Origin: Burkholderiales bacterium | Lineage (GTDB): Bacteria; Pseudomonadota; Gammaproteobacteria; Burkholderiales; Usitatibacteraceae | Reading direction: 5' to 3' | NCBI GenBank assembly: GCA_031394335.1 | Contig: JANMXS010000336.1 | Span: forward strand, 1-57,499 | Length of the DNA stretch: 57,499 bases | Part shown: positions 50,017 through 57,499 of the stretch, in pieces | Numbering within the stretch: position 1 is the stretch's first letter | Layout: every line of letters starts with the position of its first letter | Position numbers and translations under genes: made by a program | The notes under the pieces: generated by a model | Databases searched by the model: none | Seen by the model: the letters and a program-made list of their open reading frames with translations, nothing else | Told to the model about the DNA's origin: nothing

Positions 50017-50670
50017 ATGATCAACTTTTCCAATACCGTCAAACGTTATCCCAATGGCTTCGAAGCGTTAAAGGGCGTTTCGCTGACCATCGAGAAAGGC
50101 GAGATGGTTGCCGTCACTGGCCATTCGGGGGCAGGCAAGTCCACTCTGCTCAAACTTGCTGCAGGTATTGAAGTGGCTTCGCAGGGAAGTGTGCTGGTGA
50201 GCAACCAGAATTTAAGCCAGATCAAGGAAGCGGGATTAGCCGTATTGCGCAGAAACCTCGGCCTGGTATTTCAGGACCATAAGCTACTGTTTGACCGCAG
50301 TGTTTACGAAAACGTCTCCCTGCCGTTGTCCATCGCCACGTTTCCGCGTAGTGAGGTCGGCAAGCGCGTCCGTGCAGCTCTGGATAAAGTGGGTTTGCTC
50401 TCGCGAGAAAAGTCCAACCCCATCACACTTTCTGGTGGCGAGCAACAGCGCTTGTGCATCGCACGGGCAATCGTCAATCGGCCGTCAATCCTGATCGCCG
50501 ACGAACCCACTGGCAACCTGGACCAGGAGTACGCAGCGACAATCATGGACTTGTTTAAATCATTCAACCAAGTGGGCGTTACAGTGTTGATGTCCACGCA
50601 TGATGAGATCGGTTTGACTCGCCTCAATTGCAGGCGCATACACCTCGATCATGGAAGGCTGGTCAAATGA
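50017..50670 (+). CDS. ftsE: Cell-division ABC transporter ATP-binding protein FtsE
   Basis: Walker A GHSGAGKST, signature LSGGEQQR, Walker B ILIADEP. Confidence 0.93.
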   Translation: MINFSNTVKRYPNGFEALKGVSLTIEKGEMVAVTGHSGAGKSTLLKLAAGIEVASQGSVLVSNQNLSQIKEAGLAVLRRNLGLVFQDHKLLFDRSVYENVSLPLSIATFPRSEVGKRVRAALDKVGLLSREKSNPITLSGGEQQRLCIARAIVNRPSILIADEPTGNLDQEYAATIMDLFKSFNQVGVTVLMSTHDEIGLTRLNCRRIHLDHGRLVK

Positions 50671-51578
50671 TTTTTTCCTGGCTTGCCGCTCATATCCAGG
50701 CGTGCGAACAGGCGTTTCGACGTTTAGCGGCGCAGCCATTGGTGAGCGTCTTGTCGATTACGGTCATTGGTATCGCCGTGATGTTACCGCTCGGGCTCTA
50801 CGTCATTTTCGATAACGTGACTGCCGTCACAGCCCGTCTCAACACCGAGCCCAATATCAATGTCTACCTGCAGGTCAGCGCCAATGAAGAGGAAACGCGC
50901 GATGTGGGAAAACGCCTCAGGACATTGTTCAATGCGGAGAATGTCAAGTTCATTCCGCGCGAATCCGCGCTCGCTGAAATGAGACGGCTAGCGAGCGTTG
51001 CCGATCTATTGTCCGGCCTGGAAATCAATCCGCTGCCCAACGCGTTCGCAATTCGTCCGAGGTCAACCGATCCTGTATTGCTGGTGGCGATGCGTACCGA
51101 GATTTCCGCCATTCCCAAGGTGGAAATTGTTGTCATGGATTTCGAGTGGGCCCAAAAGCTGAAACGCTTTGCCGCCTTTGCAGAGCGCGTCGTTGCACTA
51201 TTGGCCTTTGTACTTGCACTGGCAGTCATATTTGTCACCGGAAACACAATAAGACTGCAAATGCTGGCCCATAAGGACGAAATTGAAGTGAGTCGACTGA
51301 TTGGTGCGACCAATCGGTTTGTACAACGCCCATTTCTTTACTATGGAGCAGCCCAAGGACTGCTCGCAGGGGTCTTGGCGATCCTTGCGCTAACGGCGCT
51401 GATGTGGTGGGCGAGCATAGAAGTGCAGGCGCTTACAACATCGTATGCTTCTGATTTTTCAATGAAATATTTGTCCATAAAGCAAATTTTGGGGGTTATC
51501 GCCGGGGCGGTGGCACTTGGCTGGGTTGGCGCATTTGTGTCCGTGTCGCACTACCTCCACCAGCGTCCGAAGCACTAA
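50667..51578 (+). CDS. ftsX: Cell-division ABC transporter permease FtsX
   Basis: ORF trimmed to ATG 50667 (ATGA overlap with ftsE). 4 TM segments. The stop TAA (51576-51578) coincides with the TAA flank of MITE copy 2. Confidence 0.9.
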   Translation: MIFSWLAAHIQACEQAFRRLAAQPLVSVLSITVIGIAVMLPLGLYVIFDNVTAVTARLNTEPNINVYLQVSANEEETRDVGKRLRTLFNAENVKFIPRESALAEMRRLASVADLLSGLEINPLPNAFAIRPRSTDPVLLVAMRTEISAIPKVEIVVMDFEWAQKLKRFAAFAERVVALLAFVLALAVIFVTGNTIRLQMLAHKDEIEVSRLIGATNRFVQRPFLYYGAAQGLLAGVLAILALTALMWWASIEVQALTTSYASDFSMKYLSIKQILGVIAGAVALGWVGAFVSVSHYLHQRPKH

Positions 51579-51739
51579 GAGCTTGTCCGCAAATAAGACG
51601 CGATGCCTGACTTGCCCTTTTTGCCTCACTTTGCGTTGCGTTTCCTTGCAATGGCTTGCCATTGCTGCGAAAAGCGCGCCTTGATTGAGACAAAAATTGC
51701 GACGTCATGCATTCGCGCTTATTTACGGACAAGCTCTAA
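51576..51739. mobile_element. MITE-like non-autonomous element, copy 2 (core 51579-51736, inverted relative to copy 1)
   Basis: TIRs GAGCTTGTCCGCAAATAAG (51579-51597) and CTTATTTACGGACAAGCTC (51718-51736). TAA flanks 51576-51578 and 51737-51739. 155/158 identical to the reverse complement of copy 1 by eye. Confidence 0.8.
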
Positions 51740-51767
51740 GTTTCCATCCGCGGAACTTTTGCGATTG

Positions 51768-51794
51768 TTAGCACTCGAAACCGGAGAGTGCTAA
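51768..51794. promoter_or_regulatory. CIRCE operator (HrcA binding site), perfect consensus, upstream of rpoH
   Basis: TTAGCACTC-GAAACCGGA-GAGTGCTAA matches TTAGCACTC-N9-GAGTGCTAA at 18/18 positions. Lies 88-114 nt upstream of the rpoH ATG. Confidence 0.85.
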
Positions 51795-51881
51795 AATTTC
51801 TTTATTGGACTCGATAATGATCTACTTCTTGCAGTGGCAGGGTAGGAGTAGGACACAATTTTGTGGAGGCAAAAAACTTAT

Positions 51882-52745
51882 ATGACCACCGCTACTATCA
51901 ACTTGCCCACGTTAAATGTCGCGAGTCTGGAAAACTATATTTCGGCCATCAATCGCATCCCCATGCTGACGCCTGAGAGAGAGCATGAGCTTGGCGTTGC
52001 CCTGAAGGAGAGGGGCGATCTTACCGCCGCATCGGAAATGGTGATGTCGCATCTGCGTCTGGTGGTATCCATTGCGCGCAATTACGCTGGCTATGGCCTG
52101 CCGCAGGCGGACCTGATTCAGGAAGGCAATATAGGCTTGATGAAAGCGGTAAAACGCTTTGATCCCGACCGCGGCGTACGTCTGGTGTCGTTCGCCATGC
52201 ACTGGATCAAGGCGGAGATTCATGAGTACATCCTGAAAAACTGGCGCATCGTAAAGGTGGCCACTACCAAGGCACAGCGTAAACTGTTCTTCAACCTGCG
52301 CAGCATGAAGCCAAACTTCGGCGCGCTTTCGCCCTCCGAAGTGAAAGAAGTTGCACGCCAGCTCAATGTGAAAGAAACTGACGTTGCCGAAATGGAACAG
52401 CGCTTGTCCGGACGCGAGATCTCGTTGGAGCCAATGAATGACGACGACGAGAGCTGGGTAAGCCCGATCGCATATCTGCAGGATGCGACCGTGAACCCGC
52501 TTGATCGCCTGACGAACATGCAGAAGGATGTCGCTGCTACGAATGGACTTAAAACCGCCCTGGATAGCTTGGATGCACGTAGTCGACGCATTGTGGAGGC
52601 GCGCTGGCTGAATGAAGGCGAAGAAATGACCTTGCACCAACTTGCGAGCGAGTTCGGGGTTTCAGCCGAGCGTATTCGTCAGATTGAGGCCAAAGCGATG
52701 CAAAAAATGAAAACATCTCTCGATGACTACGTAGCGACTCGCTAA
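51882..52745 (+). CDS. rpoH: RNA polymerase sigma-32 (heat-shock sigma factor)
   Basis: ORF trimmed to ATG 51882 (GGAGG at 51865-51869). Contains the RpoH box QRKLFFNLR plus sigma-70 regions 2-4. Confidence 0.93.
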   Translation: MTTATINLPTLNVASLENYISAINRIPMLTPEREHELGVALKERGDLTAASEMVMSHLRLVVSIARNYAGYGLPQADLIQEGNIGLMKAVKRFDPDRGVRLVSFAMHWIKAEIHEYILKNWRIVKVATTKAQRKLFFNLRSMKPNFGALSPSEVKEVARQLNVKETDVAEMEQRLSGREISLEPMNDDDESWVSPIAYLQDATVNPLDRLTNMQKDVAATNGLKTALDSLDARSRRIVEARWLNEGEEMTLHQLASEFGVSAERIRQIEAKAMQKMKTSLDDYVATR

Positions 52746-52771
52746 CATGCCGATTCAGAGTGGTTGCACGA

Positions 52772-52796
52772 AGAAAAGGGCGCGGCGCCTTTTTTT
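52772..52796. terminator. Bidirectional intrinsic terminator between rpoH and ridA
   Basis: GAAAAGGGCGCGGCGCCTTTTTTTC is a short GC stem flanked by A and T runs. Confidence 0.7.
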
Positions 52797-52812
52797 CGAC
52801 CCCAAACAACCA

Positions 52813-53160
52813 CTATTGGGCAGCAATGACCTGAATCTCCACTTTGTACGCCGGCTTGGCAAGCTTCGCCTCCACAGTTGCTCTTGGCGGAGTATGGCCT
52901 TGCACTACCCAGGCGTCCCAGACGGCGTTCATTGCCGGAAAATTCGCCATATCAGCGATGTAGATCGTGGCCGACAGGATCTTTGCTTTATCGCTGCCTG
53001 CTTCGGCAAGCAGCTTGTCGATGGCTGCGAGCACCTGCTGAGTCTGGCTCGTAATATCCTGCACGGGATCATCTGCAACCTGACCCGCCAGATAGATGGT
53101 GCCGTTGTGGACCGCCATTTCAGACAGGCGCTTGCCCACATGAAAACGTTGAATGGTCAT
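52813..53160 (-). CDS. RidA/YjgF-family protein
   Basis: 115 aa with a YjgF/RidA-like fold sequence (IYLAGQVADD, ATIYIADM, PPRATVEA). Confidence 0.8.
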   Translation of the reverse strand: MTIQRFHVGKRLSEMAVHNGTIYLAGQVADDPVQDITSQTQQVLAAIDKLLAEAGSDKAKILSATIYIADMANFPAMNAVWDAWVVQGHTPPRATVEAKLAKPAYKVEIQVIAAQ

Positions 53161-53179
53161 TGCTCAATCCTCTGGTTAG

Positions 53180-53761
53180 CTAAAGCAGGCGCTTTATATC
53201 AGCCGCGATTTTATCTGCCTCCAGCCCATAATTCACAAACAGGCGAATGCGCCCCTGTGCATCAAAGACGAGCGTACCTGCGGTGTGGTCGACCATATAG
53301 CTGTCGACCGTCTTGCCTGACACCTTGCGGTAGATGATTTTGAAATCTTTGGCGACTTGCGCGGTAGCGGAATCGTCTCCGGACAAGCCCAAAAAAGTCG
53401 GGTTGAACGAAGGCACGTACTGACTCAGCACTGCGGGCGTATCTCGCGCAGGATCTACCGTGATGAACAGGACCTGCATCCGATCGGCGTCTTTGCCAAG
53501 CAGATCCATCACCCGCTTCATGTCAGATAACGTGGTCGGGCAGACGTCGGGACAATGGGTGTAGCCGAAAAATATCACGACTACCTTGCCGCGAAAATCC
53601 GCCATCGTGCGTATCTTGCCGGTGTGATCAGCGAGACGAAAATCCGCACCATAGCCTTGTGCCCCGGTGATATCCACCGCATTGAACGGCGTCTTTGCGG
53701 GCTCACAGCCGGCAATCAGGAAAAGCCAGGAAACAAATGCAGCAAGCAGGAAGCGCTTCAT
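53180..53761 (-). CDS. SCO1/SenC copper chaperone for cytochrome c oxidase
   Basis: 193 aa with a lipoprotein-like signal (LIAGC) and the FFGYTHCPDVCPTTL CxxxC motif. Confidence 0.88.
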   Translation of the reverse strand: MKRFLLAAFVSWLFLIAGCEPAKTPFNAVDITGAQGYGADFRLADHTGKIRTMADFRGKVVVIFFGYTHCPDVCPTTLSDMKRVMDLLGKDADRMQVLFITVDPARDTPAVLSQYVPSFNPTFLGLSGDDSATAQVAKDFKIIYRKVSGKTVDSYMVDHTAGTLVFDAQGRIRLFVNYGLEADKIAADIKRLL

Positions 53762-53767
53762 GATCAG

Positions 53768-54682
53768 CTACAGAAATACCAGCACTGCGTAATGATCGAC
53801 AAGCAGTGCCGCAAACAGGGCAGCCAGATAGAGTATCGAGTAAGCGAAAGTCTGTTTGGCCAGTGCGTCACTGTAAGCGCGGAAGAGCTTGATGGCAAGA
53901 AACAGGAAATACGAATTCAACAACAGCACCGAAACCAGATAAATCATTCCAGCCATTCCGACGGCCACCGGTAGCAAAGTACAGGCGACAAGGATGACGG
54001 TATAAAGCAACAGCTGCAGCTTGGTGTACGCCGCGCCGTGCGTGACAGGCAGCATCGGCACACCGGCCTTGGCATACTCATTCGTACGGTAGAGCGCGAG
54101 CGCCCAGAAGTGCGGCGGCGTCCATGCAAAAATAATGAGGAAAAGCAACATTGATTCTGGCGACACCGTGTTGGTCACCGCAGCCCAACCGAGGATCGGC
54201 GGCATCGCACCGGAAGCGCCGCCAATGACGATATTTTGCGGCGTTGCTGGCTTCAGGATAATCGTGTAAATCACGGCGTACCCGACAAAAGTAGCAAGCG
54301 TCAGCCACATGCTGAGCGGATTGACGAATTGGTGAAGCACCATCAGCCCAATCCCGCCGATTAAACCAGCTAGCAGCAAAATTTGCCAGCTTCGAATTGA
54401 GCCGGCCACAGTCGGACGGGCGCGTGTCCGCGCCATCTTTCGATCAATCTGCTGCTCAACCAGGCAATTGAACGCTGCCGCCGCACCAGCTACCAGCCAG
54501 ATGCCAATTGTGGCAATCAGCATCAGACGCAGATCCCACGCAAGGCCGGCCGGGTAGGCGAGCATCATGCCGATGATTGCGGTGAACACAATCAAGGCGT
54601 TCACGCGTGGCTTGGTGAGTTCCAGGAACTGCACCAGAATGTTCGGCTGATTTACCGCTAGTATTTCCTGCGCCATGTTCAA
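53768..54682 (-). CDS. ctaB: Protoheme IX farnesyltransferase (heme O synthase)
   Basis: 304 aa polytopic UbiA-family prenyltransferase ([19 protein letters not shown]). Confidence 0.92.
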   Translation of the reverse strand: MNMAQEILAVNQPNILVQFLELTKPRVNALIVFTAIIGMMLAYPAGLAWDLRLMLIATIGIWLVAGAAAAFNCLVEQQIDRKMARTRARPTVAGSIRSWQILLLAGLIGGIGLMVLHQFVNPLSMWLTLATFVGYAVIYTIILKPATPQNIVIGGASGAMPPILGWAAVTNTVSPESMLLFLIIFAWTPPHFWALALYRTNEYAKAGVPMLPVTHGAAYTKLQLLLYTVILVACTLLPVAVGMAGMIYLVSVLLLNSYFLFLAIKLFRAYSDALAKQTFAYSILYLAALFAALLVDHYAVLVFL

Positions 54683-54686
54683 TGAC

Positions 54687-55757
54687 TCATTTCGCCAACC
54701 GTAAATTGATAATCAACAACCATGCGAACAACATCGCTGCGACCCCGTTGTGCGCCACAGACACCAGCAGCGGCAGGCTGAACCAGACATTGCTTACCCC
54801 CAACACAATCTGGGCCGCCAGCATGACGATCAACATGCGCGCGGCCTTCCTGGCGCTTTCAATAGCCAGCAGCCGCTGCGCAAATCCGCCCACTACCAAA
54901 ACAGCGACAATTGCGCCAACACGATGCGTCCAGTGAATCGCCGTTAGCGCATCCAATGTCAGCAAAGCGCCATCAGGACCGATCCCAAGCGGGCGGATTA
55001 CGTGAAACGCATTGGCAAAATCCATATTGGGTATCCAGGCGCCGTGGCAGGTTGGCAGATCGCCACAGGCCAGTGCGGCATAATTTGTGCTGACCCAACC
55101 TCCAAGCGTAATCTGTGCGAATAATATCGCCAGGGCAAATAGCGCAAAGTTTTTTAATCCAGGACAAGCCATTATACCTTCAGCCCATTTCCCGGCACCC
55201 GGCTGGCGGGAAAGCTGCCAGACCAGTAGTGAAAGAATGCTGACCCCCCCCAGAAGATGGGACGTTACGATCGCTGGCTTCAGCAGCAAGGTAACCGTCC
55301 AGGCGCCCAACGCAGCCTGAAAAATCACGGCAACTGCTGTTACTGTCGGCAATAAAGGCGACTGCATCCATGCGCGTCGATTGCGCCATGCGATCAGCAT
55401 GATCGCAGCAATCAGGGAGCCGACGACCATCGCCAGATAGCGATGCACCATCTCCTTCCACGCCTTGACCATGCTGACAGGACCGCCAGGCTGAACTGCC
55501 TCTGCCGCCTGTATTTCGGATGCAGCGTGTTGCGGCGTCAGGTTGCCGTAGCAGCCCGGCCAATCGGGACAGCCTAACCCCGCATCGGAAAGCCTTACGT
55601 ACGCCCCAAGCACAATAAGGACCAGCGTCGCCACCGCAGTGAAGGCGATGAGCCTGCGATATCTGAGCACGTCTTTCTGTGTCCACAGGAACACGCCAAC
55701 AATAACAACAAGCGTAATCATGCCTACAACACCGTGCTCAAATGCATTCATTTTCAT
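54687..55757 (-). CDS. ctaA: Heme A synthase (COX15/CtaA)
   Basis: 356 aa with 8 TM segments and conserved His-containing helices (HRYLA, HWTHR). Confidence 0.88.
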   Translation of the reverse strand: MKMNAFEHGVVGMITLVVIVGVFLWTQKDVLRYRRLIAFTAVATLVLIVLGAYVRLSDAGLGCPDWPGCYGNLTPQHAASEIQAAEAVQPGGPVSMVKAWKEMVHRYLAMVVGSLIAAIMLIAWRNRRAWMQSPLLPTVTAVAVIFQAALGAWTVTLLLKPAIVTSHLLGGVSILSLLVWQLSRQPGAGKWAEGIMACPGLKNFALFALAILFAQITLGGWVSTNYAALACGDLPTCHGAWIPNMDFANAFHVIRPLGIGPDGALLTLDALTAIHWTHRVGAIVAVLVVGGFAQRLLAIESARKAARMLIVMLAAQIVLGVSNVWFSLPLLVSVAHNGVAAMLFAWLLIINLRLAK

Positions 55758-55776
55758 TATTCAGAAATATTCCCGA

Positions 55777-56361
55777 TTAACCGATCTGCGATGCTTTCAA
55801 TACACGCTGGAAGTCCTGAGTCATCCGCTTGATATCCGGCTCTGCGCCGTAGCGGATGAATACATTACCCAGCGGATCAACGCCGTAAATTTGTCCGCGG
55901 CCACCGCTGGAATCATCTTTGGCTACAGGTAACATTTTCAGCCAAGGTTGCGCCTTCGCGGGAATCCAGACCGTACCTGCGTATTTCTGGCGGAGCGCCT
56001 CCTCAGGGGTCACATCGTCGTCCAGCAAGACGACGCGGAGTACGCGGTCCTGCTCGCGCCCCAGAATCAATCTTGACTGACGCATCGCGTACAATTTTTT
56101 CTGGCAGGCCGCTTCGCAAGCACCGCTGTCACGGGTCAACATCAACCATTTGCCGCGTAGCGCCTTGTCCAACTCATCACTTGATGCAGCCCCCGCGTCG
56201 ACTACCCCCAGCCTTGTCTGCGGGAGCGACAGGATGGGCGCCAACAGTTCACCGTAGTTGCCGGTAGCGGCGGGCTTCCAGAAAACAAACACAAGCGTTG
56301 ATCCCACAAAGGGAATCGAAAACATCAGAAAAATCAGGACAAATTTGGTACGCGGACTCAT
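55777..56361 (-). CDS. Membrane-anchored hypothetical protein of the cytochrome oxidase assembly cluster
   Basis: 194 aa with an N-terminal TM helix and an internal CEAAC (CxxxC). ATGA overlap with the surf1 stop. Confidence 0.6.
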   Translation of the reverse strand: MSPRTKFVLIFLMFSIPFVGSTLVFVFWKPAATGNYGELLAPILSLPQTRLGVVDAGAASSDELDKALRGKWLMLTRDSGACEAACQKKLYAMRQSRLILGREQDRVLRVVLLDDDVTPEEALRQKYAGTVWIPAKAQPWLKMLPVAKDDSSGGRGQIYGVDPLGNVFIRYGAEPDIKRMTQDFQRVLKASQIG

Positions 56362-57146
56362 GGTGCATTTCCTGCGTGGAAAGAATTGGGTTTTTCAGGG
56401 GGCATGATGTTGAGGTTGAGCGCAATCCAGAGGATAGCTATCGTCACCGACAGGGAGTACCAGGTCAGCATGTATTCAATATGTTTTTCGACGCCGGCAT
56501 CGGGATGCTCCGTCAACATCAGCAACTCATGCTTGGCATCAGGCTTGACCTCGCCCGCCAACAGGACAAAGGGCAGCACGTCCAACCTCGTGCGCTTACG
56601 ATATCTATCAATTGTCAGGTTCTGCCAAACATTGGTTTGTATTCCTTCGGCTGATAACTCGAGAAACTTTGCGGTCGGTACGGTAACGGTGCCGCTGACT
56701 TCCACTGGGCCGGCAGGCACCCCAACCAGCGGCGGAGCAGGATAGTTGGGGCCGCGCGCAATCCAGCCACGATTGACCAGCACGAAAGTGCTGGTACCGG
56801 GCAATTTCAACGGAGTAACGACGTGGTAGCCGGCAGTCCCGCCGTCGGTTTTGTTGTCCAGATAAATCTGCCCATCGGCAAACCACTCACCACGTGCTAC
56901 GGCGCGACGATAGCGAAGTGCGTTTGCATCTTGCGCCTTGGCATCAAGTATCGCAGGCACCGACGCAACGCGTTGGTCGAACTCTGCCTGCAATCCGCGT
57001 TTTTCCGCAGCCCGGCCCTGCTGCCAGGTCGCCAGATGCAAGGTGAGACCAATCAGCAAGAACGCGGCTAATGTCGGCCATGCGCGCGGCCTGAAGGTGA
57101 TGCGGCGATTTGCAAAATGCATAGTGTTAACCAGTATTCGAACCAT
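56358..57146 (-). CDS. SURF1-family cytochrome oxidase assembly protein
   Basis: 262 aa with two terminal TM helices and a SURF1-like HLATWQQGRAAEK segment. Confidence 0.85.
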   Translation of the reverse strand: MVRILVNTMHFANRRITFRPRAWPTLAAFLLIGLTLHLATWQQGRAAEKRGLQAEFDQRVASVPAILDAKAQDANALRYRRAVARGEWFADGQIYLDNKTDGGTAGYHVVTPLKLPGTSTFVLVNRGWIARGPNYPAPPLVGVPAGPVEVSGTVTVPTAKFLELSAEGIQTNVWQNLTIDRYRKRTRLDVLPFVLLAGEVKPDAKHELLMLTEHPDAGVEKHIEYMLTWYSLSVTIAILWIALNLNIMPPEKPNSFHAGNAP

Positions 57147-57218
57147 ACTGACGCGCTACAATGATTGGACTAAGACAAGTTATTGCGCAATTGATTCGCG
57201 CCTTTGAAACGAGATGCA

Positions 57219-57410
57219 ATGAAAATTCTTATCGGGGTTCTGTTGTTGCTGGTGCTGGTAAGTTTGTTCAGCGGCCTGTACTTCATGTACAAGGACAAAG
57301 GCAATTCGAAACGGGTCGTCAAGGCGCTGACGATACGCGTTGCCCTGTCGATCACGATCATTGTGATCGTGATCGCAAGCTATTTCCTGGGGCTCATTCC
57401 GCCGAGATAG
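57219..57410 (+). CDS. Twin-transmembrane-helix small protein (DUF2909-like)
   Basis: ORF 57204-57410 trimmed to MKILIGVLLLLVLV... Two hydrophobic helices. Divergent from surf1, as in other Burkholderiales cox clusters. Confidence 0.65.
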   Translation: MKILIGVLLLLVLVSLFSGLYFMYKDKGNSKRVVKALTIRVALSITIIVIVIASYFLGLIPPR

Positions 57411-57445
57411 ACAAGACGCATTTTGCTGATCGGTCGGTCATCGAC

Positions 57446-57477
57446 AAAAAGGCCGCACACTGGTGCGGCCTTTTTTT
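57446..57477 (+). terminator. Intrinsic terminator
   Basis: AAAAAGGCCGCAC-ACTG-GTGCGGCCTTTTTTT. Confidence 0.85.
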
Positions 57478-57499
57478 GCACGCTGCTTGCCGTCTTTTT

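Overview
This window reads as about 57.5 kb of conserved core chromosome from a moderately GC-rich betaproteobacterium. The gene order looks Burkholderiales/Oxalobacteraceae-like, but that taxon call is inferred only from the translated proteins and synteny. Nearly all of it is tightly packed housekeeping operons, in this order. (1) A partial porin, then rpe-gph-trpE-ltaE-trpG-trpD-trpC. (2) apaG, mltA, a MAPEG protein and dsbC. (3) pepP-ubiH-ubi hydroxylase. (4) amgK-murU, divergent from lptD-surA-pdxA-rsmA. (5) gloA, a ygjP-like peptidase, plsC-gmhB-glyS-glyQ. (6) miaB-phoH-(PLP aldolase-like)-ybeY-corC-lnt. (7) tRNA(CAU), kup, and prs-rplY-pth-ychF with tRNA-Gln. (8) TPR-lolB-ispE, mutM plus a dynamin-like GTPase, and ferredoxin-coaD-rsmD. 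(9) ftsYEX, rpoH, ridA, and the distal cytochrome c oxidase assembly genes (surf1-ctaA-ctaB-sco). I found no integrase, transposase, CRISPR array, toxin-antitoxin pair or recognisable defence island, and no convincing multi-gene novel system. The features not explained by ordinary annotation are small. (a) A 17-codon Trp-rich leader ORF lies directly upstream of trpE. (b) A 158-bp MITE-like element with 19-bp terminal inverted repeats and TAA flanks occurs twice, once inside the trp operon and once between ftsX and rpoH. (c) A perfect-consensus CIRCE operator lies upstream of rpoH. (d) A 117-bp tandem duplication covers the ferredoxin gene start and its 5' region. (e) A roughly 75-bp REP-like palindromic element occurs at two convergent gene junctions. 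(f) An unannotated 45-codon membrane ORF has a strong SD. (g) A soluble dynamin-family GTPase is coupled to mutM. (h) Two threonine-aldolase-family genes are inserted into otherwise conserved operons. All coordinates and repeat comparisons were done by eye from the sequence. No database searches or RNA-folding computations were run.
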